The notes under the pieces are model-generated. The model searched no databases, was not told the DNA's origin, and saw nothing but the letters and a program-made list of their open reading frames with translations. A DNA stretch of 32,239 nt, from the IMG/VR virus record IMGVR_UViG_2645727843_000011. One strand, 5' to 3'. Shown here in pieces: positions 16,737 to 26,105 of this stretch; position 1 is the first letter of the stretch, and every line of letters begins with the position of its first letter. The translations under genes were made by a program, and so were the position numbers. The DNA is from a virus. Lineage: Duplodnaviria > Heunggongvirae > Uroviricota > Caudoviricetes.

Positions 16737-17149
16737 GGTTCCCGCCCCTCAAAACGCTGACGACAGGCCGTGCGTATCAGCCGGAAGAACACCGACGCCA
16801 CGAGGTAAATCAGCGCGGTAAAAATCCACCCGGCAGCGACCAGCGAGATAAACGTCGCCACCATCACCACCAGAGCCGCCGCCCGTCTGCGCCACGGCAC
16901 CGGCTGCAAAAACAGCGACGCGACAATCTTCACGGCCAGCGATTCCGGCGGCAGCTCCCGCCCGTAGCGTTCCAGCACATACTCAGTGGCATACACGCCG
17001 ACACCACCGGCAACCACACAGATAACCGTCGCCAGAATCGCCCAGGCGGCGACAAAATTGACGGCCACGCTCTGCGGGTAAATCAGGGACAGTGCCAGCA
17101 TCAGCGCCAGCGACACGTTCAGCATCAGTGAAAGGGATAATTTCTTCAT
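16724..17149 (-). CDS. lysA: LysA lysis-timing membrane protein, 141 aa
   Basis: 141-aa multi-TM ORF between K and lysB, ATG at 17147..17149. Confidence 0.85.
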   Translation of the reverse strand: MKKLSLSLMLNVSLALMLALSLIYPQSVAVNFVAAWAILATVICVVAGGVGVYATEYVLERYGRELPPESLAVKIVASLFLQPVPWRRRAAALVVMVATFISLVAAGWIFTALIYLVASVFFRLIRTACRQRFEGREPCQS

Positions 17150-17163
17150 GGTGTTTACTCCGT

Positions 17164-17661
17164 TTAAGCCGGTACGCCGCCAGCGGTACGCCAGACGGTG
17201 ACCAGTTTTTCCAGTGAATGCTCACGCTGACCGTAACCGGCACCCGGCAGGGACGCCCAGATATTGCGACAGCGTGAAATGGCGCGCTCAATGCGTCCCG
17301 CCCGGATGTCATCCAGTGCACCGCGTTCGCGGATCAACTGAATGGCGAGTCTGTCCTGTGACAACGGGCTGAAATCAGGCAGGGCAAGCTGTTTACGGTA
17401 GTGCGGCCAGAACAGGTAAAGCTGCTGATAGCGACCGGAGGCCGTGGATTTTTCACCGCGACGGTTAAACACCTTCGCCGGTCGGCCATGTGCGAACGGG
17501 TGGTCACTGTAGTCGGTGAAAATTTCCGGCTTTCCGTCCAGTCCGGTGACTATCACGTCATAGCCCCGGTTTTTTGTCAGCGGATGATTCGCCGTCCCTT
17601 CGGACACGGCCAGCATGTCGAGAAAGGCGGCGATATTCTGATGCGTGTTAATTACCGGCAT
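17164..17661 (-). CDS. K: Endolysin gpK, 165 aa
   Basis: 165-aa ORF beginning MPVINTHQNIAAFLDMLAVSEGTANHP..., lysozyme-like, position Y-K-lysA. Confidence 0.88.
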   Translation of the reverse strand: MPVINTHQNIAAFLDMLAVSEGTANHPLTKNRGYDVIVTGLDGKPEIFTDYSDHPFAHGRPAKVFNRRGEKSTASGRYQQLYLFWPHYRKQLALPDFSPLSQDRLAIQLIRERGALDDIRAGRIERAISRCRNIWASLPGAGYGQREHSLEKLVTVWRTAGGVPA

Positions 17662-17942
17662 TACGGTTTCCCCCTGCCCTTAAAGCGGCGCTGAATGGCA
17701 ATCTCAATCACCTGATAGCCGGCGATACCCAGCATGGAGCCGATGCCGCACACCGCAGGCAGTGACAGGTCAGGAAACTGCACCAGAACAACACCGGCAA
17801 CCATCGAGACAAAACCACCGAGCAACATGCGCCCGATAAACAGACGCGGGGTGATGGGTTCACCACCGGCAAGCACCTTGCCGACAACAATCAGCACCCC
17901 AATCATGAAAAGCGACAGGACGCTTTTTTCTTCTGCTGTCAT
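17661..17942 (-). CDS. Y: Holin gpY, 93 aa
   Basis: 93-aa ORF with hydrophobic TM segments and a charged C-terminus (RRFKGRGKP); ATG at 17940..17942; ATGA overlap with K. Confidence 0.88.
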   Translation of the reverse strand: MTAEEKSVLSLFMIGVLIVVGKVLAGGEPITPRLFIGRMLLGGFVSMVAGVVLVQFPDLSLPAVCGIGSMLGIAGYQVIEIAIQRRFKGRGKP

Positions 17943-17945
17943 GCG

Positions 17946-18149
17946 TTACTCCCACAGATTGACAGTTTCAGCCACGGGCGCGGTCTGAACGTCGGGCAGT
18001 TCGACGGCGGTACCGTGCGGCAGCACCGCACCCAGTTCAGCCAGTCCCGGATTTGCGGCGAGCACGGCCTCGACCACGCCCTCAGTGCGCCCGTAATACC
18101 GGACACAGATGGCGTCGAGCGTGTCGCCCTGTAGCGCAAAGGTCTTCAT
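17946..18149 (-). CDS. X: Tail protein gpX, 67 aa (LysM-like)
   Basis: Translation from ATG at 18147..18149: MKTFALQGDTLDAICVRYYGRTEGVVEAVLAANPGL..., recognised as P2 gpX; the track ORF is extended upstream to 18218. Confidence 0.85.
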   Translation of the reverse strand: MKTFALQGDTLDAICVRYYGRTEGVVEAVLAANPGLAELGAVLPHGTAVELPDVQTAPVAETVNLWE

Positions 18150-18658
18150 CAGATTTGACTCACAATGCAGCGCGGCTTGTCCTGGATTCGCGCCACTGCC
18201 CAGCGCATATCCCGCCACAGCTCATCAATGGTGCTGTCAATGCTGTCGGCCTTCTTGTCGCCTTTCGCACTGGCATCCACGCCGCGATAACGCTCATAAA
18301 GCGATGCGGTCGCCATCGCACACACGGCGCGCTCGTAGTAAAAAACTTTGATGCTTTCACCGTCGATGTCGTCCGCCGGGACGTCCGCCAGACGCGTAAA
18401 ACCGGCGGCAATTTTCTGTTCGCGGTACTCGTACAGCTCCGCATTCGTCTCCGCCATGCCTGACTTGATGGCCTCACGCAGACGGGCGGGGGCGACGGTC
18501 TGCTCAAGGCGCATACGTTCCCGGACGCGCTTCGGGTCGATATCGGGAAAAAAGAACGTGTTTTTAATCACCGGCTCGTCGCCTGCCGGTTGCGGGATGA
18601 CCACCGTACCCTCACCGGACACGGGAGCCTCCTTTCGCGGAATAATCAGCGTCATCAT
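18149..18658 (-). CDS. L: Head completion protein gpL, 169 aa
   Basis: Translation from ATG at 18656..18658: MMTLIIPRKEAPVSGEGTVVIPQP...; the track ORF is extended to 18718; L stop overlaps the X start. Confidence 0.88.
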   Translation of the reverse strand: MMTLIIPRKEAPVSGEGTVVIPQPAGDEPVIKNTFFFPDIDPKRVRERMRLEQTVAPARLREAIKSGMAETNAELYEYREQKIAAGFTRLADVPADDIDGESIKVFYYERAVCAMATASLYERYRGVDASAKGDKKADSIDSTIDELWRDMRWAVARIQDKPRCIVSQI

Positions 18659-18757
18659 GACTACCTCTGAAAAGTCGGGCGGTGGACGCCGGTGCAGTGT
18701 CAGGTGATTCACCCTCACTGACCGGCGTGCCGCCCTGGCGCGGGGCGCATTCGGTTG

Positions 18758-19501
18758 TTAACTGGCTTTCTTTTTCGGGCGTCCACGTTTTGCCGGTGTC
18801 ACGCTCCGGGTCTTACGCGGGGCGCGGGTGGCCGCTTTGGGCTGCGGCTCCGGCTTCGGTTTCAGCTCCCGCTCCAGTCGTTCAATCTCTTTTTTGACGC
18901 CTGCCTGACAGTCGAGCTGTGTCGCACGTTGCAGGTGAGCCAGCGCACCGGCGGCATCACCAGCGTCACGCAGAAACAGACCGGTGATTTTGTGCAGCTT
19001 TGCGCGCACTTCATCAGGCATGTCAGCCGTGGCAGTCAGTTCAAGGGTGTCCGTCAGCAGGCGGGTATCCACAGACTCACCGGCAGCGTGGGCGCGCATG
19101 GCCGCAAGTGCCACCTCCTCGGTGAACATGTACGGCGGGGTACGGCGGTGTTTACCCGGCATGGTCAGACCGTATTTCAGGGCATAACGGGCAATCTCCA
19201 GCGCACCGGCAATATCGCCGGTATCCAGACGCCACAGCATGACCATCATCAGAATGTCATCCTGTGCACCTTTGCCCTGCTCCAGCACGCCGTTCACCCA
19301 CGGCAACCAGAACGGCAGCAGTTCGCGTTTTTTCGCGGCTTTCAGCTCTTTTGAATAAATCGCTTTCAGTGTGCGCTGGTCTGCGGCCAGCTTGACCAGC
19401 ATCTGCTCATAGACAGTTGCATGTCGTAGCGGGGCGGCTTCCCGCTGCGCGGTCATCGCTGCCGAGACCCGCATCATGTGGCGCTGTGCGGGACTCGTCA
19501 T
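18758..19501 (-). CDS. M: Terminase small (endonuclease) subunit gpM, 247 aa
   Basis: 247-aa ORF, ATG at 19499..19501, basic C-terminus; synteny N-M-L. Confidence 0.88.
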   Translation of the reverse strand: MTSPAQRHMMRVSAAMTAQREAAPLRHATVYEQMLVKLAADQRTLKAIYSKELKAAKKRELLPFWLPWVNGVLEQGKGAQDDILMMVMLWRLDTGDIAGALEIARYALKYGLTMPGKHRRTPPYMFTEEVALAAMRAHAAGESVDTRLLTDTLELTATADMPDEVRAKLHKITGLFLRDAGDAAGALAHLQRATQLDCQAGVKKEIERLERELKPKPEPQPKAATRAPRKTRSVTPAKRGRPKKKAS

Positions 19502-19504
19502 CGG

Positions 19505-20578
19505 TTACGCTCCCGGCTCTGCGGTCGCTTTATCCGGTGTAGAGAAATCACCGACCTTAATTTTTTCCACCAGACAACCGGCGGCGTAATCTTCCACCAC
19601 GTAATCAATGTTCATTGACTCGTAGTTCTCCACGCGGTCGAGTTTCGGGTTTTCCTCAATCACGCGGCGATGGCTGTCATCCATGTAGTAGATGGACAGG
19701 TTTTCCAGCTTCGTGATGAGCATCGCATCTGCCGGGAAGTACGGGACGCGCACTGCCGGCAGGTTACCGATGCGTTTCTGGCTGATGATGACGTCAGCGG
19801 CCAGCATTTCGCTGTTGTCCTGCTCCCTGTTGACGATGGGGAAATACTTGTCCGCCAGTAGCTGACGCCCCACAATCACCACAAGGTCAGGGTCTTCCTG
19901 ATACCACGGCTCAATCAGGTTGTTGGTCGCATCCATCACCAGTGCATCGAGGCTGGCATAATCACCGCCCTTACCCACGCGGATGACCTCAGAGGTCGTG
20001 TGACCTTCCTCGTCAGTAACCTTGCTCATCACGCGCGCCGGGGCTTCATTGCGGTATTTCTGCAGCCAGCCGACCGCCACATCCTGCAGCATCTGGTTAC
20101 TGCTGCGGTCAGAGGTTTCGGCACGCCTCACGCCGTTAAAACCGGCCATGATTAAATCAAGGGACTGGCGTTTGATAATGGCGTTACGGACACGGAGCTG
20201 GAAATCCTGATAACGCGCCCACAGGTCCAGCGTTTTGTAGCGGATATAAAAATCGAAGTTAATCTGGTCGCATTCGTACTTGTTTGACGCCAGCTTCGAG
20301 AAGTCCTTCGGCTGACGCTCGGTACCACCGGCAGTGTCGGTAGTGCTGGCGATGGAGCCGGTGACACCGATACCAATTTTTTCCCCTTTCATTTCGCTGA
20401 CCGGCACAATGTTGATGCGGGTCAGAAAGTCAGAGGACTCCTGCATGGTGTTCATCAGGGTCTGGGTGACCGACGGTTCAACGGTGAATTTTTTCGACAC
20501 ATCACCGGCGTCGATGCCGTTCAGTTCGGCAACACGGGACAGGTAAGCATTAAATTTAAAGCGGGTTTCCTGGCGCAT
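19505..20578 (-). CDS. N: Major capsid protein gpN, 357 aa
   Basis: 357-aa ORF, ATG at 20576..20578; synteny O-N-M. Confidence 0.9.
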   Translation of the reverse strand: MRQETRFKFNAYLSRVAELNGIDAGDVSKKFTVEPSVTQTLMNTMQESSDFLTRINIVPVSEMKGEKIGIGVTGSIASTTDTAGGTERQPKDFSKLASNKYECDQINFDFYIRYKTLDLWARYQDFQLRVRNAIIKRQSLDLIMAGFNGVRRAETSDRSSNQMLQDVAVGWLQKYRNEAPARVMSKVTDEEGHTTSEVIRVGKGGDYASLDALVMDATNNLIEPWYQEDPDLVVIVGRQLLADKYFPIVNREQDNSEMLAADVIISQKRIGNLPAVRVPYFPADAMLITKLENLSIYYMDDSHRRVIEENPKLDRVENYESMNIDYVVEDYAAGCLVEKIKVGDFSTPDKATAEPGA

Positions 20579-20636
20579 AGTTTTTCCTGAAATTAAGGGT
20601 TAATCGTGAAGGTTTTCCCGGACTGACTGACGCCGG

Positions 20637-21491
20637 TCAGCAGTTCGTCATCAGGGCGTCACCGCCACCACCGGTGGCCTTGCTGCGGCGCTGCTGGGTC
20701 AGACTTTCGGTGTGGTCGAGACTGTTTTTCAGGCGGGTGAATGCCTGGCTGGTTTCATCCGCCCTGTCAGTCACCTCCTGCTTAAGTGCGGAAAAGGCGG
20801 TTTCCATCTCAGCAAGGCGCTGCTCAGTGGCGCTCAGTTTTTCCTGCACATGTTCAGCAACAGCGGTCACCGCTTCATGCACGTCATTCAGACGGGCGTC
20901 ATCGCTGGCCTGTTTGCGGCCAAAAATGGATTTCACCTTTTCGGTCAGGGCGGTGAACACGGTTTCAGGCAGGTCTTCAAATTCCAGCTCAACAGGCGTT
21001 GCCACTGAAATCAGGTTTTCAGGGCTTAATTTGAAGCGGTTCAGGGGGTTGTGTTTTGCCGTGCGGCAGAATTCCAGGTATTCCGTGCCGAGGCTTGCCG
21101 GGTCATCGGTGACGGCCAGCCCCACCAGATAACATTTGCCGGTGTTGGCAAAGTTCGGCTGAATTTCCATTGAGGTGTAGACCTTCTGCGCGGCCTTGTT
21201 CATCGCGATAAGGTCATCGGTCGGGGTGATTTTCGCAAACAGCGCCCATTTGCCTTTCAGCGCCGAATCATCGTCAATCTTTTCGGCCTTCAGTTCGACC
21301 ACATCGCCATAACGCTTAAAAATACCGTCAGGCAGGATGCCGCGCAGATGTTCCAGGTTAATGCGGCAACCATAGACTCGCGGGTCAAAGGTTTCGGCCA
21401 TTTCCTGAATATCCTGCGCACTGATGACACGCCCGTCACAGGTGTCACCCTCAACGCCGATACGAAAGAATTTTGAGACTTTTTTTGCCAT
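20637..21491 (-). CDS. O: Capsid scaffold protein gpO, 284 aa
   Basis: Translation from ATG at 21489..21491: MAKKVSKFFRIGVEGDTCDGRVISAQDIQ...; the track ORF is extended upstream to 21557. Confidence 0.88.
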   Translation of the reverse strand: MAKKVSKFFRIGVEGDTCDGRVISAQDIQEMAETFDPRVYGCRINLEHLRGILPDGIFKRYGDVVELKAEKIDDDSALKGKWALFAKITPTDDLIAMNKAAQKVYTSMEIQPNFANTGKCYLVGLAVTDDPASLGTEYLEFCRTAKHNPLNRFKLSPENLISVATPVELEFEDLPETVFTALTEKVKSIFGRKQASDDARLNDVHEAVTAVAEHVQEKLSATEQRLAEMETAFSALKQEVTDRADETSQAFTRLKNSLDHTESLTQQRRSKATGGGGDALMTNC

Positions 21492-21664
21492 TGTCAGGAG
21501 TCCTGAATAGTGATTAGAGGAGTCACATGTCGGCATCAGTTTCCCGACGATGCGCATCCTCCGCCATCAGTCCCGGATGGCTTATCACTGACACAACAGC
21601 ACCTTAGCGAATCGCGGGGCGCGACTCAGTAGCCTTGCCGTGTATTCATCACGGCGAGGTATTC
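21492..21664. promoter_or_regulatory. Divergent late promoter region between O (- strand) and P (+ strand)
   Basis: 173-bp non-coding gap between divergently transcribed late operons; in P2 both are Ogr-activated (established knowledge); motifs not resolved by eye. Confidence 0.4.
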
Positions 21665-23437
21665 ATGACCATCACCACAGACACCACTCTTTTGCACGAC
21701 CCGCGTCGTCAGGCGGCGCTGCTGTACTGGCAGGGGTTTTCCGTGCCGCAGATTGCCGCCATGTTGCAGATGAAACGCCCGACGGTGCAGAGCTGGAAAC
21801 AGCGCGACGGCTGGGACAGCGTTGCCCCCATCAGCCGTGTCGAAATGAGTCTGGAAGCGCGGCTGACCCAGCTCATTATCAAACCGCAGAAAACCGGCGG
21901 TGACTTCAAGGAAATTGACCTGCTCGGACGCCAGATTGAACGACTGGCACGGGTAAACCGCTACAGCCAGACCGGCAACGAGGCAGACCTTAATCCGAAC
22001 GTCGCTAACCGCAACAAAGGCGGGCGTCGCAAACCGAAAAAGAATTTTTTCAGTGACGAGGCTATCGAAAAGCTGGAGCAGATTTTCTTTGAGCAGTCTT
22101 TCGACTATCAGTTGCACTGGTATCGCGCCGGGCTTGAGCACCGCATCCGCGATATCCTGAAATCCCGCCAGATTGGCGCGACGTTTTATTTTTCCCGCGA
22201 GGCGCTGCTGCGCGCCCTGAAAACAGGTCATAACCAGATTTTTCTGTCGGCCAGTAAAACGCAGGCGTATGTATTCCGTGAATACATCATCGCCTTTGCC
22301 CGTCTGGTTGACGTTGACCTGACCGGTGACCCGATTGTCCTTGGCAATAACGGCGCAAAACTGATTTTTCTCGGCACCAACTCCAACACCGCACAGAGCC
22401 ATAACGGCGACCTGTACGTCGACGAGATTTTCTGGATCCCGACTTTTCAGGTACTGCGTAAGGTGGCATCAGGTATGGCCTCACAGAGTCACCTGCGCTC
22501 GACCTATTTCTCCACCCCGTCCACGCTGGCGCACGACGCCTACCCGTTCTGGTCCGGTGAACTGTTCAACCGGGGACGCGCCAGCGCCGCTGAACGCGTG
22601 GAAATCGACGTCAGTCATAACGCCCTTGCCGGTGGGCTTCTCTGTGCGGACGGACAGTGGCGGCAGATTGTCACCATTGAGGACGCCCTGAAAGGTGGCT
22701 GCACACTGTTCGACATTGAGCAGCTCAAACGTGAAAACAGCGCCGACGATTTTAAAAACCTGTTCATGTGTGAATTTGTTGACGACAAGGCGTCGGTGTT
22801 CCCGTTCGAGGAACTGCAACGCTGCATGGTCGACACGCTGGAAGAATGGGAAGACTATGCCCCCTTTGCCGCAAATCCGTTCGGCTCCCGCCCGGTATGG
22901 ATTGGTTACGACCCGTCACACCGTGGCGACAGCGCCGGATGCGTGGTGCTGGCACCGCCGGTGGTGGCCGGTGGCAAATTCAGAATACTTGAGCGTCACC
23001 AGTGGAAAGGCATGGACTTTGCCACTCAGGCGGAATCCATCCGCAAACTCACCGAAAAATACAACGTCGAATACATCGGTATCGATGCCACCGGCCTCGG
23101 TGTCGGCGTGTTCCAGCTCGTGCGCTCGTTCTATCCCGCCGCGCGCGATATCCGCTACACGCCGGAAATGAAAACCGCAATGGTACTCAAGGCAAAAGAC
23201 GTTATCCGCCGTGGCTGTCTGGAATACGACGTCAGCGCCACCGACATCACCAGCTCGTTTATGGCTATCCGCAAGACCATGACCAGCAGCGGACGCAGCG
23301 CCACCTATGAGGCCAGCCGCAGCGAGGAAGCCAGCCACGCCGACCTCGCCTGGGCGACCATGCACGCTCTGTTAAATGAGCCACTCACCGCCGGTATCAG
23401 CACCCCGCTGACATCCACCATTCTGGAGTTTTACTGA
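21665..23437 (+). CDS. P: Terminase large (ATPase) subunit gpP, 590 aa
   Basis: Translation from ATG at 21665: MTITTDTTLLHDPRRQAALLYWQGFSVPQIAAML...; the track ORF begins 30 nt earlier at 21635. Confidence 0.9.
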   Translation: MTITTDTTLLHDPRRQAALLYWQGFSVPQIAAMLQMKRPTVQSWKQRDGWDSVAPISRVEMSLEARLTQLIIKPQKTGGDFKEIDLLGRQIERLARVNRYSQTGNEADLNPNVANRNKGGRRKPKKNFFSDEAIEKLEQIFFEQSFDYQLHWYRAGLEHRIRDILKSRQIGATFYFSREALLRALKTGHNQIFLSASKTQAYVFREYIIAFARLVDVDLTGDPIVLGNNGAKLIFLGTNSNTAQSHNGDLYVDEIFWIPTFQVLRKVASGMASQSHLRSTYFSTPSTLAHDAYPFWSGELFNRGRASAAERVEIDVSHNALAGGLLCADGQWRQIVTIEDALKGGCTLFDIEQLKRENSADDFKNLFMCEFVDDKASVFPFEELQRCMVDTLEEWEDYAPFAANPFGSRPVWIGYDPSHRGDSAGCVVLAPPVVAGGKFRILERHQWKGMDFATQAESIRKLTEKYNVEYIGIDATGLGVGVFQLVRSFYPAARDIRYTPEMKTAMVLKAKDVIRRGCLEYDVSATDITSSFMAIRKTMTSSGRSATYEASRSEEASHADLAWATMHALLNEPLTAGISTPLTSTILEFY

Positions 23438-24471
23438 TGAGCAAGAAAAAAGGGAAAACACCGCAACCTGCGGCAAAAAAAATGACCGCCAGCGCCCCGA
23501 AAATGGAGGCATTCACCTTTGGTGAGCCGGTGCCGGTACTCGACCGCCGTGACATTCTGGATTATGTCGAGTGCATCAGTAACGGCAGATGGTATGAGCC
23601 ACCGGTCAGCTTTACCGGTCTGGCAAAAAGCCTGCGTGCTGCCGTGCATCACAGCTCACCGATTTACGTCAAACGCAATATTCTGGCCTCGACATTTATC
23701 CCGCATCCGTGGCTTTCTCAGCAGGATTTCAGCCGCTTTGTGCTGGATTTTCTGGTGTTCGGTAATGCGTTTCTGGAAAAGCGTTACAGCACCACCGGTA
23801 AGGTCATCAGACTGGAAACCTCACCGGCAAAATATACCCGCCGTGGCGTGGAAGAGGATGTTTACTGGTGGGTGCCGTCCTTCCATGAGCCGACACCTTT
23901 CGCGCCCGGCTCCGTGTTTCACCTGCTGGAGCCGGATATTAATCAGGAGCTGTACGGTCTGCCGGAATATCTCAGCGCCCTTAACTCTGCCTGGCTGAAT
24001 GAATCAGCCACGCTGTTCCGCCGCAAGTATTACGAAAACGGCGCTCATGCCGGATATATCATGTACGTCACTGATGCCGTGCAGGATCGCAACGATATCG
24101 AAATGCTCCGCGAAAACATGGTGAAGTCGAAAGGCCGCAACAACTTTAAAAACCTGTTTCTCTATGCCCCGCAGGGGAAAGCTGACGGCATTAAAATTAT
24201 CCCGCTCAGTGAAGTGGCAACGAAGGACGATTTTTTTAATATCAAAAAAGCCAGCGCCGCTGACCTGCTGGACGCGCACCGCATCCCCTTTCAGTTGATG
24301 GGCGGCAAGCCGGAGAACGTCGGATCGCTGGGTGATATTGAGAAAGTGGCAAAGGTCTTTGTCCGCAATGAGCTTATCCCGTTACAGGACAGGATCCGGG
24401 AAATAAACGGCTGGCTCGGTCAGGAGGTCATCCGCTTTAAAAACTACTCACTGGACACTGACAACGGCTGA
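23437..24471 (+). CDS. Q: Portal protein gpQ, 344 aa
   Basis: 344-aa ORF overlapping the P stop (ATGA), last late gene before cos. Confidence 0.9.
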   Translation: MSKKKGKTPQPAAKKMTASAPKMEAFTFGEPVPVLDRRDILDYVECISNGRWYEPPVSFTGLAKSLRAAVHHSSPIYVKRNILASTFIPHPWLSQQDFSRFVLDFLVFGNAFLEKRYSTTGKVIRLETSPAKYTRRGVEEDVYWWVPSFHEPTPFAPGSVFHLLEPDINQELYGLPEYLSALNSAWLNESATLFRRKYYENGAHAGYIMYVTDAVQDRNDIEMLRENMVKSKGRNNFKNLFLYAPQGKADGIKIIPLSEVATKDDFFNIKKASAADLLDAHRIPFQLMGGKPENVGSLGDIEKVAKVFVRNELIPLQDRIREINGWLGQEVIRFKNYSLDTDNG

Positions 24472-24476
24472 ACATC

Positions 24477-24498
24477 GCCGCCTGCGGGCGGCTTTTTT
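24477..24498 (+). terminator. Rho-independent terminator downstream of Q
   Basis: gccgcc-tgcg-ggcggc stem-loop followed by tttttt, 6 bp after the Q stop codon. Confidence 0.7.
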
Positions 24499-24640
24499 AT
24501 ACCCCGTCATCACGCCCTCACACGCTCACCACCGCACAAAACACCCCGCAGACACACCAACGCCCCGGCGCACAATCTAAACGCCATCACGACGCGCTCA
24601 GACGCTGAAAAAATAAAATCAGCACCACCGCCAGCGCGCA

Positions 24641-24659
24641 GTGCTTTCCCCGCCTCGCC
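24641..24659. other. cos: cos site: 19-nt cohesive-end sequence
   Basis: gtgctttccccgcctcgcc is the exact reverse complement of the recalled P2 cohesive end GGCGAGGCGGGGAAAGCAC; located just beyond Q as expected. Confidence 0.8.
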
Positions 24660-24810
24660 CGCCCGCTTCATGGGGCGGTTTTAATGCAGGTGCAATACCG
24701 CTTTTGAGCCAAGCCCGTCCTGGCGGCGCACGGCCAGAACTGGCAACATCTATGCATGCAAAATCATGCACCCTATGCGGGCATTGCTAACATCCGTATT
24801 GTCCAGCGTG

Positions 24811-25746
24811 CTATTTGCTTAACAATTTATCATTTGGTGTAGCCTCAATAACCCTAATATCCAAGTCTAAATATGCAAAAATCGCACGCGCTTTGGCACA
24901 AAATTTTTGGTCTTTACTCAAAATAGCATCACAATAAATAGCCATAGCGGTGTGGTTCGCATCACTTAAAATGCCAGGCATTTTTTCAATACGGTTAAGC
25001 CCCTTGTCAGGGTGGAAACCCAGAAAATTAAGAACAGTATGGCAACCTACAACTCCCAAATATAAAGGCCACTCTTCATAACCCTGTTTATTCAGTGGGT
25101 CAAATCCATAGAATTGATCAATTGTTATTCCCTGATAATTATCACGCAACATATCCCATATCAGCTTCAAGGGATTATCCTTTATTGAAAGGTTACTTGC
25201 CCTACCGTTACCGGTGCCGATTGCCGCACGTGACGTTACCAGGCTTTGAGCATTCTGTAATTGCCCGTGAGTAACTAACTTAATGTCTTCAACTGCCTGT
25301 TCTATCTGAGATTCAATTTCGTCAGTGATGAGGTCATGTGGTGATAAGAGAGCATAAAGAAACTCTTTTAATTTATTATGTTGATGAAGAATTTCACTGT
25401 AATTATCTGCGCCAGCTAACCGTATCAAAAACTGCATTTGTGATTGTATGCATTCATCAACATGGATTTCATTGATGTTATCAAGCCACTGCTGATACAT
25501 ATCCTTTGGCTCACAATAATCATGAAGAAATGCACGCCCGGTAAGCCTAAATTGATTATCGAATTCGAGTTCCAACTTTCTTGCTTTAAGCTGTCTCAAC
25601 ACATCTAAAAATCGCATATCTCTAGCGCGTTTTATTTCATTGAAGTTTTCGTCAGAATAAACCCATATCGTGTCATCAGGCACTTCTAAGGTCATTCTAT
25701 TCTTGCTTAGGTCGTCCAAAATATTGTGGTCAAGATAAATCTTCAT
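24811..25746 (-). CDS. Hypothetical protein, 311 aa, AT-rich cargo gene at the tin/old-equivalent position
   Basis: 311-aa ORF, ATG at 25744..25746 with a GAGGTG RBS; no recognisable family by eye; lies between A and cos where P2 carries orf91, tin and old. Confidence 0.65.
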   Translation of the reverse strand: MKIYLDHNILDDLSKNRMTLEVPDDTIWVYSDENFNEIKRARDMRFLDVLRQLKARKLELEFDNQFRLTGRAFLHDYCEPKDMYQQWLDNINEIHVDECIQSQMQFLIRLAGADNYSEILHQHNKLKEFLYALLSPHDLITDEIESQIEQAVEDIKLVTHGQLQNAQSLVTSRAAIGTGNGRASNLSIKDNPLKLIWDMLRDNYQGITIDQFYGFDPLNKQGYEEWPLYLGVVGCHTVLNFLGFHPDKGLNRIEKMPGILSDANHTAMAIYCDAILSKDQKFCAKARAIFAYLDLDIRVIEATPNDKLLSK

Positions 25747-26105
25747 AACACCTCAACGTGACGTTGGGAAACATTACCAATACGCGAAATTTCTGATTCT
25801 AATGATATCTTACTTTTCCCATGTCATAGCTAACGCCTCGCGGGCTCGTTGTTCATCCCGACCAGCACTGAAAGAGAGTTTCAGCATCGACGGCGTTTTC
25901 TTTGGTCAGATAGATCACCTCCCTTCGAAGCAACCATACCCCTTCACCATGCACTTATTGTTTATAAAAACAGCCGTGATTTTCAGCTCTGTTGCTATCC
26001 GTTCCTCACTGTCTTTGCGGTCTTGCTCACCCGCCCAACAAAGAAGCAGTAAGAAAAGCCACAGCCCAGCAATCTACCCAACAATAACACAGATTTTTCT
26101 CACAA

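Noticed and set aside
16640-17131. 163-aa + strand ORF across lysA and lysB
   Set aside because: Antisense to the lysis genes; His/Arg/Gln-rich low-complexity translation.
21626-22402. 258-aa - strand ORF overlapping the 5' part of P
   Set aside because: Antisense to the terminase large subunit gene, whose translation is clearly recognisable; the antisense product has no recognisable features.
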